From Octopus vulgaris (taxonomy: Eukaryota), in assembly GCA_951406725.2 (NCBI GenBank), contig OX597815.1:212350001-212414000 (forward strand): 64,000 nt of DNA, given 5' to 3'. The position numbers and the translations under genes were made by a program. The notes under the pieces were generated by a model that saw nothing but the letters and a program-made list of their open reading frames with translations, had not been told where the DNA came from and ran no database searches. This document shows, piece after piece, positions 53,371-64,000 of the stretch. Each line of letters begins with the position of its first letter. Within the stretch, counting starts at the first letter, position 1.

Positions 53371-53694
53371 GGGGAATAATCCTAGATTTGTAGATTATTC
53401 TGATTGGTCCAAGGTGACTTTCCTGTTACTGGTACATTTCCCTTCATTACCCCATTCTAGTGGGGTTTTTTTTTTTTTCATTCTCATTTTCTTGTCTTTG
53501 TTTTCCATAACTGATTCCACATAAAATTCCATTGTTTTTTAAATTTATCCCTGTAATGGGCACATCCCTCTCCCCTGTAGCACATAAAACAAATCATTAT
53601 AAATGTACCAATATATATATATATATATACGCCAGCATGGAAGGCAGATGTTAAACGATGATGATGATATGTAAATGGTGCACACGCACGTATG

Positions 53695-53730
<36 letters not shown>

Positions 53731-54239
53731 CATATGTATGTGGAGGGGAGACCAGCAACTTTTATATTTCTAATTGTTTTTCTTAGTGATACTAAAACAA
53801 AAATATAAATCTGAAATCTGTTCAGAGGTAAATTGTCAAGCAAAATATAATTTGCAGTTAAAATGTTTCCTTTTAAACATGTACTAAGTGCACTGATGCA
53901 GACGATAAAAATGTATTAATAAACAGAAATGTCTTAATTAGCTGTCACTTCTATTCTCTGTTATTGTTTTACTTTCAATAACAACGTATTTATTAAACGT
54001 TACAACTAAGAGAATTGGTAATTTTCATTAAAGAATCACAGATAATTTAATACAAAATATAATTATTTTGGAAAGACATTTAAATATCAACACATCATTA
54101 TTGAAGCTTGATAACTACATTAATAGCTTAACCTCAAAGGATGCTGAGAAGACGGAAAATAGAACCTGGCTAACTCTAAAATCAAATTACATTTTAACTG
54201 TGAGCAAATTAAATCAAAAATGATGGAGAAGATATTTCA

Positions 54240-55150
54240 AGTAAATCTTGAGATGTGGACTCTATAGTCTACCCATTGTGCATGTGAGTAAACACTGCTG
54301 AGTGAAAGGCCATGTTCACGTGAGATGGATGGCAGGAGACTGAACTGGATGCTAGAATTGCAGGTGCCAGCGCAGTAGTGTACCATCTCCAGTATTTGAT
54401 CCAGAAGAGAAGTTGCTAAAAACAAGAAAAGCCAAACTTGCTGTCTTCAATTCATTTTTTTGTGTCTCTTCTCATGAATGCTGGGTAATGACTGAAAGGG
54501 TATGATTGTGCAAGGGGGTACTGAAAAGTTCCTTACTTTAAAGGCTATTGCAAAAGGCTTGGTTGAAGGCTCAACCGTCAAAGTTCTTTTACAGGGCTTA
54601 GAAAAACTGAAGGACTGCTGTAATAAGTGTGTGAATCTGAAAGGGGAATATGTTGAAATAGATCATAATTAACTTATCTTCCCGTGTTTTCTTTTACTCA
54701 AAGCAAGGAACTTTTCAGTATCCCCTTGTAAATACAAGCAACCAAAATGGAGTTCCTTTAAAGGATCTCTCTGAAGTATGTTACTTGATAGAGTGTGTAG
54801 CTCAGAGATCAGGAAGTGTCTCCAGGTCAAGACCCAACCTCTCCATATTGAGAGATCACAGCTCCAGAACAACAAACATGTGATTAGAATGTCAGGAGAC
54901 CAAGAATGAGGGAGCTGGATGATATTCATAATCTTGGTTGGTAGAGCTTGAGAATCCAGCTGGAAAATCTAATGATGATTGCTTCTGATAGGACCCTTTG
55001 GAGGAGGTGCCTAAGGACTCTACCACAACAACCCACCCAGGAATACTGGGCAAAGAAATGGTTAGATGGATGGTAACTCTGAATATCAACTGATAGAAAC
55101 TAGAGGGAGTGTTTGGTCCTCTTGACACAGGACAATCCCTCTGCATAATA
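54240..55150 (+). mobile_element. Old RTE-like LINE fragment; related fragments at about 5750-6380 (-) and 6590-7370 (+)
   Basis: Broken motifs IQA..MEFL and IERSQL, and at 6830-6857 QVEKFKYL; 6130-6350 is reverse-homologous to 54730-54930. Confidence 0.6.
54511..54728. mobile_element. Mariner-derived MITE inserted in an RTE fragment
   Basis: CAAGGGGGTACTGAAAAGTTCCTT...AAGGAACTTTTCAGTATCCCCTTG|TA. Confidence 0.8.
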
Positions 55151-55812
55151 TAATGCATCTCCTCCACACTTTAAGATACACATAGTACACAAGATAACCG
55201 GTTTATGCAATTGTTGTGTGTACGAAATGGTACACAGTTACCGTGTGACAAATTCACTCCCAAGGTATCCAGGGCTATAATAGAAGACACTTGCTCAAGG
55301 GAATGCACAGTGGGACTGAACCCAAAACTACATGCTTGCAATGCAATCTTTTTCACCACACAGCTACATGTTTGCACCCATATATAAAAACAGTTGAATA
55401 TTAAATTGAAACATCATTCAGTAAACAAGCTGAAGCTTCTAAGCCACTGTCAATCTGTTCCTTGTAAAACCAATATCATAGCTGGAGCTGGTGCCCCCCG
55501 ACTGGCTCTGTGCTGGTGACATGTAAAAAGTACCATCCGAATGTGGTCCATACCAGGTCTGCCTGACTGGCTCCTGTGCTGATGGCATGTAAAAGGCACC
55601 ATCCGAATGTGTTCGTTGCCAGGCTTGCCCTCCTGGCTCCTGTGCTGGTGGCATATAAAAAAGCACCCTTATTTCTGTCTGTACAGTATTGCAATAAAAT
55701 AACTGAAATAAAATTTCAGTACTGCAAACTATTTTTGGATGTATTAGTATTTTTAGAGCTTCCAGAAACTACCGTTGATGAAACAGCATATATTTTTAAA
55801 GTATTCACATAC

Positions 55813-55862
55813 TTCTCGAGTGAAAGGCGCTGCTGTGCAATTTCATGGAGGATTTGTTCTTT
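55813..55862 (-). CDS. Putative 50-nt internal exon (B)
   Basis: Acceptor TTGTATTGCTCTATTTAG| and donor GAA|GTATGT. Entered in phase 2 from exon A it reads (R)KNKSSMKLHSSAFHSR+A (phase 1). The phase-0 frame KEQILHEIAQQRLSLE+AA is also open. Confidence 0.6.
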
Positions 55863-56344
55863 CTAAATAGAGCAATACAATTATTTATTGCTGGGATGCC
55901 AAGAGAATGCATTATTAGGTGGAGATTTGCTGAAACTGTTGTAGGAGAGTGAAACAGAAAAAAAAAAAGAAAAATTCTTTGATAGTGAAATGAAATCACG
56001 TTGCAACTTCACAGTGGCAACATTAGGTGATTAAAGGATGAGCAATGAGGGCGTAAGAGAAAGGTAATGCAGGGTAGTAGTAGTAGTGGTGGTGGTAAGA
56101 AGAAAAAGAAAAAGAAGAGGAGGGGGGAGTGGCAGCAGCAGCAGCATTATGGCTGCAAAAGACTTGAGGAAAAATTGGAATATTATCAAAACATGTTTGT
56201 AAAATTTGCTCCTCTTTAAAAAAATATATCATAACATGAAAAGTCTTTGTGTCCTCAAATTATTTATGATGACAGGCCATAGGTTATATTAAGACATGAC
56301 ATATGAAGGAATGAATGAATGAATGAATATATATATATATATAT

Positions 56345-57239
56345 CGGTGGAGTAAATTATAAAGTATATACATTGCCTATGCTCTTTCATTTCAAGTACC
56401 GGGGTCAATGGAGTTGACTAACTACCACCACCACCACCACCACCACCATCCCACTTCAAAACTGCAATCCTTGTATCTAAATCAAAAACTAAGGTAGTTA
56501 AGTTGGAAGAATTATTACAGTGTCAGGAAAAAAAGCCTTATGTTATTTGTTCCAAGTCTTTACAGTCTGAGTTCAAATCACACCAAAGTCAACTCTGATT
56601 TTCATTTCTTTGAAATCAATAAAATATAAAACCAGTCAAGGACAGGAGAATGTTTTCATCCAACCCCCTCCCCTCGAAACTGCTGGCTACGCACCAAAAT
56701 TTGAAATTATTTGCTGTAGTTATTATCTCCATCTTTACACTCTGAGTTCAAATTCCATCAAGGTAGACTTTACTTTTCATTCCTTCTGAGCCAATTATAC
56801 AGGTAGGTACCAGTTGAGCACAGGGGTTGATGGAATCAACCAATACCCTCCCTGAAAACTTCACGTATTGTGCCTATGACAGAAAGGATTTTTGCCTTTC
56901 ATTCTTTCGAGCCGATAAAATAAGAACCAGGTAAGTATTGGAGTCAATGTAATCGACTTAACGTCTCCCTCGAAATTGCTGACCTTGTACCAAAATTTGA
57001 AATTATTATTATTATTATCATTATCATTATTATCATTTATTATTATTATTATTATTATTATTATCATTATTATTATCATTATTATCATTATTATCATTAT
57101 TATTATTATTATCATTATTATCATTTATTATTATTATTATCATTTATTATTATTATTATTATTATCATTTATTATTATAATAGTTATTATTATTATCATT
57201 ATAATTATTATCATTATTATTATTATCATTATCATTATT

Positions 57240-57274
<35 letters not shown>

Positions 57275-57825
57275 TGTCATTTTTATTATTATTATCATTA
57301 TCATCATTATTATTATTGTCATTATTATCATCATCATTATTATTGTCAGCAACAAAATGGTGGATCCATGAACATGCTCCACAAAATGCTTAGCAACATT
57401 TCTTCCAGCTCTTTATATTCTGAGTTCCAAAGCCACCAAGGTCAACTTGCCTTTCATCCTTTTCAGAGTTGATAAAATAAGCACTAGTTTGGCACTAGGG
57501 CCAATATAATCAATTTGCACCCCACCCCCACAAAAAAAAATTGCTGGCCTTATATCAAAATGTGAAACCATTATTATTATAATCGTTGCTTTTGTTAAGG
57601 TGGAAAACTGGCAGAATTGTTGGCACCCCAGGCAAAGTGCTGAGTGGCATTTTGTCTGTCTTTATGTTCTGAGTTCAAATTCTGCTTAAGTCCACTTTGT
57701 GTTACATCCTTGCAAGGTTGATAAAATAAGAACCAGTTGAACACTGGGGTTGATAAAATCAACTTAGACCCTCCTCCAAACCTGCTGGCCTTGTGCCAAA
57801 ATTTGAAACCATTATTATTATTATT
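56345..57825 (+). mobile_element. Head-to-tail array of about six degenerate Deu/Nin-like SINEs
   Basis: Recurrent TCTGAGTTCAAAT...TTTCAT...ACCAG...GGGGT...CCAAAATTTGAAA units, mostly followed by ATT-rich tails. Confidence 0.75.
57002..57345. repeat. (ATT/ATC)n trinucleotide tract, ~345 bp
   Basis: Direct inspection; expanded SINE tail and source of the poly-Ile ORFs. Confidence 0.95.
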
Positions 57826-58362
57826 GAGTGAGAGAGCAGTGCATGCCATCAAAGTGACACTGGGGTGAAATATATGAAACCCAGTATAACCATTATGTAT
57901 CCACCTGATAAAGGTACACCAGGCACATGCATCACAACTATATGTACTCAACATCATGATCTCATATCAAGATAAACAGCACATGACCTTGCAGTAGGGG
58001 CCCTGTTAGAATTTTTTTTGGATTGAGTAGCCCATCTTGCTCAAAAGATCCCTGAATAAGGGTTAAGGATGTTGAACAAAACACCCATATTTCCAGAGGT
58101 GAATTATCCAAACCCCAAAGAATTCCTTTCAACAAATGGCTATGATGCTCCCCACTACTTCAGAGATGCACATATCGTCAGCCACTAAGGGACATGCTCA
58201 ACTGGTTAAGGTCAAACAACTGACAAGCAAATCTGTGGTATTGAGCAGAATATTTGCTATAGCTCATCTTTTATACCAAGACAAAACAATGTACATGATT
58301 ACACTTCCAATCAGTTGAGATCAGAAGCCATGAGAGCCACTGCCTGGTACTGCATCAGGGTA
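57826..58362 (-). mobile_element. (AAT)n-tailed interspersed repeat; partial copy at about 1585-1655
   Basis: TTGAGTG(A/G)GAGAGCAGTGCATGCCATCAAAGTGA is shared between the two sites. Confidence 0.6.
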
Positions 58363-58501
58363 ATAATTGAATTTATATCCATCTTTTCATCGGGACTCTG
58401 ATGATTCCAAAATTCAAAAACACACAGCTCATCTTGTAACTACTGTGAATACCACCACCATCTGACAAAGTAAACACACACACACACACACCATTGCTTA
58501 C

Positions 58502-58611
58502 CTGTCACTCTTTCTCTTTCCATTCATTTTCCTTTTCTTTACTTCTTTTAAAGTTTCCTTTTTGGATCCGTGCTGCCTCTCAGTCTTGATTGTAACTTTA
58601 TCATTTGACAT
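58502..58611 (-). CDS. Putative first coding exon (A) of an unidentified minus-strand gene: MSNDKVTIKTERQHGSKKETLKEVKKRKMNGKRKSD+AG (phase 2)
   Basis: ATG at 58611 with an in-frame TAA upstream, 36 open codons in non-repetitive sequence, consensus donor CAG|GTAAGC. The peptide is Lys/Arg-rich. The 5' UTR extent is unknown. Confidence 0.65.
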
Positions 58612-59027
58612 GAGACACAGTCGACAACACTTGTTATCCCAACATAGTAGTTTGTATATAGTAGTAAGTCTCCAGGGAATTGAATTCGGTCCTATTTCTT
58701 TATATTACATAATGCTACGGCAGAGATCCTCTTCAGATTCACTAAGATATTTTATGATTAATGAATATTGCTTTGAAATAAACAATTAATCTGCCTCTGA
58801 ACTGTGGTCGTTCAAATGATATATTTGCATACATTTTATGATGTTTGCACAGTCAAACAGGAAGAGTGATAATGTGGAGTTCATACCAAATCTAGTTAAA
58901 GCTCCAGTACATTTACTAATATATAACTAATAAAGAATACATGCACGTGTGTGCATCTGTGCACATTTACTTGTCTGTCTGCTTGCTTGCTTCCTTCTCT
59001 CTCTTTCTCTCTCAATGCTTATTTTAA

Positions 59028-59216
59028 CCCTTAAGCATTCAGATTACTCTGTCAAATGTAATGCTTATCTATTTCTATTGTTTTGAATTAATCATGCATT
59101 ATCTCATAGCTTCAAGGTTTGTGTAAGGTAGGTGTGAGAGGCAAGACCTAGTCAGTTTTAAAATAAAAAAAGGTAAAATATTTGGGCCTCATATGGTTGG
59201 TTTAACTGCTAAAGGG
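59028..59216. mobile_element. piggyBac-type MITE, family 2
   Basis: TTAA|CCCTTAAGCA...TGCTAAAGGG|TTAA; homologous to the copies at 13058, 25396 and 27239. Confidence 0.8.
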
Positions 59217-59787
59217 TTAATTATTAAATCCATAGGAGCTGGTAGAATGTCAATAAATTAATTAACATTCACTTGCACAAATTGAAGTCTTTCTACATTT
59301 CAGATGAAGATCAACTGATGTTTTGGATTGAAGAACCACTCTCTATCAAAGAATCACAGCCCAAAATATAAGATTTTTTTATTTCTACTTTTCATGTCAA
59401 CCAAGCCAACAGACCCCCAACAGAAACCTATGGTGGAACTACTATTATTACCATTATTACTAATGCAGACCTCCAATTACCTCAAATTTCAGATATTAAC
59501 AATATTTTAAGCAGAGCAAATTAAAATTTCATTAATTATTAAAATGCTAAACCATTCTAAAGCCAGGTAGACACTGTAAATGCTTATGTTTTCACTGTCA
59601 TCTTGTTCTTTGTTTTTAATCAAAACATAGCATCTAGTTATCATATTTTTATAGCTTCCTTTAATACCCAAACATTAGAAATATATAATTATTAAGTATT
59701 TATTTCAAGTTACTTTCAACTTTCAAGTCTCCAATATATAGAAATACTTTAAAACTCTGAAGTTAATATATAGATTACCTATTTGAT

Positions 59788-60320
59788 ATCATCATCATCA
59801 TCATTGATTAACGTCCGTTTTCCATGCTGGCATGGGTTGGATGGTTTGACTGAGGTTTGGAGAGCCAGATGGCTGCACCAGGCTCCAATCTGGTCTGGCA
59901 GAGTTTCTACAGCTGGATGCCCTTCCTAATGCCAACCATTCCGATGGTGTAGCAGGTGCTTTTTACATGCCACCAGCACAGGAGCCAGTCAGGCAGGTCT
60001 GGCAACGAACACATTCGGATGGTGCTGTTTACATGCCATCGGCACGGAAGCCAGTCAGGGGGCACCAGCTCCAGATACGGTATTGGTTTTACCTGACCCA
60101 ACAGGTCTTCTCGAGCATATCATATTGTCCGACGCATCAGGAATATTCTTAACAGGGCTGGATGTGCGTGGCTGCAACCTCACTTTAGCTGCCAGGTCTT
60201 CTCAATCACAGCGTATTTCCAAATGTCCTGGTCTCCTGTCATTGCCTCTGTGAGGCCCAATGTTTGAAGGTCATGCTTCACCACCTCATCCCATGTCTTC
60301 CTGGGTCTACTTTTTCTACA
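59788..60320 (-). mobile_element. 5'-truncated RTE-clade LINE
   Basis: Minus translation RPRKTWDEVVKHDLQTLGLTEAMTGDQDIWKYAV plus the same 3' UTR and (ATG)n tail. Confidence 0.85.
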
Positions 60321-60677
60321 GCACTGTCTTGATCCCAGGACTTATTTTTTAAACCTAGTACTTATTCTATCAGCCTTTTTTGCTGAAGAGCTAAGTTAGA
60401 GGAGATATAAACACAGATACAAACACACACGTATATATTTTTATATATCCTGGTGTTGGATATATAATTTAATGAAGCAGGGTGAAAGAATGTATCCACG
60501 CAGCGCAATACGATTACTGTTGCACAAAGCTAAACGCTCTCTGCCAACGCCTCACAGTAAACTGCTCACTACTGAACTGCTGACAGTTCTTGATTTTATA
60601 GCAATGTGTCTGTCCACTTTTAATCACTTGGGGGTGGTCACAATCATTCAACAACATATATACATAAAAACAATAAA

Positions 60678-60973
60678 CATCACCCTTTTCAAGCCTAGCC
60701 AGGCTCAAGGGCCCAGTTTTCCAGTTTCTGTGGCGTATGTGTTCCCCCGCCAGCTGGATGGGACGCCAGTCCATCGCAGAGTTACTCAAGAAACAGGAAG
60801 AGAGATTGAGAGAGAGTTGTGGCGAAAGAGTACAAGGGGGTTACCCCCCCCCCCTGCCAGAGCCTCATGGAGCTTCTAAGTGTTTTCGCTCAATAAACAC
60901 ACACAACGCCCTGTCTGGGAATTGAAACCACGATCTTCCGACCGCGAGTCCACTACCTTAACCACTGCGCCTC
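60678..60973 (-). mobile_element. Chimeric tRNA-derived SINE
   Basis: The 5' ~185 nt match 45266-45645 and the 3' ~110 nt match the tail of 17289-17547. Confidence 0.8.
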
Positions 60974-60976
60974 ATA

Positions 60977-61023
<47 letters not shown>

Positions 61024-62282
61024 GTAACTAGCTTTTTCAGTTTCCTTCTATCAAATCCACTCCCAAGGCTTTGATTGGCCCGGGGCTATAGCAGAAGACA
61101 CTTCCCCAAGGTGCCACGCAGTGGGACTGAACCTAGAACCATGTGGTTGGGAAGCAAGCATCTTGTGATTTAAGATACATATAAACTGATAACAGGCTAT
61201 GCCCACCCATTAATAACAGTGAGAGTGCGGGGTGGGGCATGAAGTAAATATGAATCTAAATAATGCAAATGATATGAATATAGAATGGTAAACTTATATA
61301 TTCATATTTCTACATTATTTCAATAATCGTCTCCCAGTAAGATTATTTCTTTCTACCTGAAACTACTAAAATCTAATTAATGTAATTCAGTTATGCTGTG
61401 GTGGTCTCTCGTCAAAATATTTTCTTCTAATAACCATCCCTAAACATCTGCCATTTAGTCATAGGATTTTTTGTTTTTTGTTGTTGCAATGGGGTATAGA
61501 GGTTTTGCCCCCATCCCATTCTTAAGTTTAGACCAAGAACGCAAATGAAGAGAACACCTGGAGACCTCGTTGGATAATAAATGGGTTGCATCAGCTAATG
61601 AGCCAGAACTAACATCCTATTATAACATTATTGAGTTAATTATCCATTTTAATATTCAGGAATGCCCAAGTCAACACCAATGCTGTAGTATCAAATATCA
61701 GTAAGATACATTTCCTCACTCGCACCACCGCAAAGAAACTAATTGAGAGGAATGTTAATAAAGTGCAATGCGGATTTGTAATGTCAGCATGCATGAACTA
61801 TAGAGCACAGGTGAGAAGAGAGGAGAAAAAATGAGCATAAGAGGAATCAGGTAAAAGAAGAGTGTGCACTGGTATAGACATATAATAATGAATAAGAAGA
61901 ATGCCACTCGAGTGACCTGACTATGTGGAGATTGTGGAAGTGGAAAAAAACTGAGGAAGATACAGAAAGAAGCAGTGATGCTGAACCTCATCAAGATGCT
62001 GAGCAATCACAAGTAGCAAGCTATGGTGCTGGAGAAGACAAATCAAGCTCTTGCTAGCTTGATGATAAGGAGTGATGATAAGGAGGGTGATGGTAGTGAT
62101 GTATTCGTATGTTAATATTTTAGATATCTTCACAAAAAGCAAGACATGGTCCCTCCACCATACCCAGGAGATCAATAACAACTGACCCAAATAAGAACTG
62201 ACCCAAATAAAAACTGACAAATTTTGACAACTCATCCAACACATGCCAGCATGAAAAGGAAATGCAAAATGATACCTTGTTT

Positions 62283-62338
<56 letters not shown>

Positions 62339-62492
62339 GTGTGTATGTGTCTGTCTCTCAACCATCGCTTGACAACTGAGGTTGGTGCGTCTACGGTCTG
62401 TAACTTAGTGGTTTGGCAAAAGAGACCGATAGAATAAGTACTAGGCTTATAAAGAATAAATCCTGGAGTCGATTTTTTTTCAACTAAAAACC

Positions 62493-62535
<43 letters not shown>

Positions 62536-63667
62536 ATTGGCTAAACTGGCAAAATGACCATTCCGAAATATAACAATATACATACATATATATACACACA
62601 AACACACACAATGGGCTTCTTTCAGTTTCTGTCTACCAAATCCACTCACAAGGATTTGGTCAGCCTGAGGCTACAGTAGAAGACATTTGCCGAAGGTGCC
62701 ACACAGACTGAACCCATAACCTTGTAGTTGGGACGCAAGCTTCTTACCACACAGCCACGCCTGTGCCTAGTATATAAATGTATTTTGTGTATGTACATAT
62801 GTAAAAGTGTATGTATACGCAATGGCATACATTTACATAGAGACGGTATCAAGAAAATAATGCAAGTGAAATATAAATAATAGCTATAAAAAAAAACACC
62901 AACAGAAATATAGCATTGACAAATTCTCAATGGATTGCAATCAAACATTGATGTGATTGGTGCTTAGTGTCTCAGCAGAACATTGAAAAACCAATATGTG
63001 AAAAATTGAATTTTGTACAAAAGACTCAAAGATAAAACCCATTTAAGCATAGTTGTTTTAAAAAGCTCATCATATTCATGAGAAATGTCTGTTCTCATCA
63101 AGCATTTTGATGGCTTAAGACAGAGAAAAATACAGAATTAAGACACATCAGAGAGGCTACTAAAAATAAGAGCTAATACAGGAATAATGAACAAAGAAAG
63201 CCATTTATTCACAGGAGAGAAACTGACTGATTCAGAATGATGGTAAGTGAACTATGAATAAAAAATGAATACAAAAATCAATGAACTACATAATTACAAA
63301 GATTTCGATTAATAGTGCCGACAAGGTAATGTGTTTGATAAATGAGAAGGCGCTTTTAGCTCAAAGAGGTTATATAATACTCAAATGTTACACATTTTTC
63401 GTGTAGCTAACATTCTGCAAACATTTGAACTTGGAAAATATTCCAGTTGGTTTCTGCCTCCACCCTGACCCTCCCAAGTTGAAACTGAATCTAATATTGC
63501 AGAATTTGATGGAATTCATCAGAAAACAGTGATTTTCTTAATAAAAATGCCTCAAATTTGGCAAAGTTACTATATAGATTATATAAAGGGTTTTCAGTGG
63601 TTGCGACATCAAGGAGATGTGATTGTTACATTTGCTTTAAAATCAGTGTTTAAATGTGTATATGTGG

Positions 63668-63706
<39 letters not shown>

Positions 63707-64000
63707 TAGAAAGACAGACAGTTGGAGGGGGGATGAAGGGAGAAATGGAAGAGGTAAAATCTACAATCTGAAGAAACTGGCATCAGCAACAATGCCAACA
63801 ATAAATCCAAGACTGTGTTGCATATATCAATTAGGATGGTGGACATGAAAAGCAGATGCAGACACACACTGAGTGCTCCCACCTTTAACACAATGGAATA
63901 TCATGGATGTGACAGCTGGGGGGGGGCAGCCCCCCCCCCGGGGCTGCGACTCACTTTCAGCTCAGTCAACTGTAGCAGCGTGAAATGCTTTGTCTTGAGT

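Noticed and set aside
63215-63242. Plus-strand AG...GTAAGT segment reading GEKLTDSE (calmodulin/myosin light chain-like)
   Set aside because: It hits TGA immediately, is only 28 nt and has no partner exons; probably chance.
63913-63945. G-run/C-run hairpin
   Set aside because: It is a short homopolymer pairing at the window edge with no supporting context.

Overview
AT-rich, repeat-dense animal genomic DNA. The SINE families, RTE-LINE tails and long (TA)n/(CA)n/(GA)n tracts look most like an octopus (coleoid cephalopod) genome; this is an inference. Nearly all ORFs in the supplied track are microsatellite or transposon artefacts. The window appears to cover the 5' part of one large minus-strand gene that I cannot name. 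It has several short exons found by their splice signals: 58502-58611, 55813-55862, 18440-18516, 20595-20774, 34633-34847, and an MGERK exon at 5482-5496. These suggest several alternative promoters or first exons. The introns hold tRNA-derived SINEs, truncated RTE and CR1-like LINEs, piggyBac- and mariner-type MITEs, non-autonomous Helitrons and Penelope-like remnants. Two observations stand out. (1) An inverted pair of apparently non-transposon segments about 14.4 kb apart (20590-20716 and 35047-35187) differs mostly at positions that would be G-U pairs on the gene's strand, and one partner lies on a candidate start-codon exon; this suggests a long-range RNA duplex controlling splicing. (2) Several minimal hammerhead-ribozyme motifs are present, including one apparently intact copy and a tandem dimer. 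All coordinates and alignments were read by eye.
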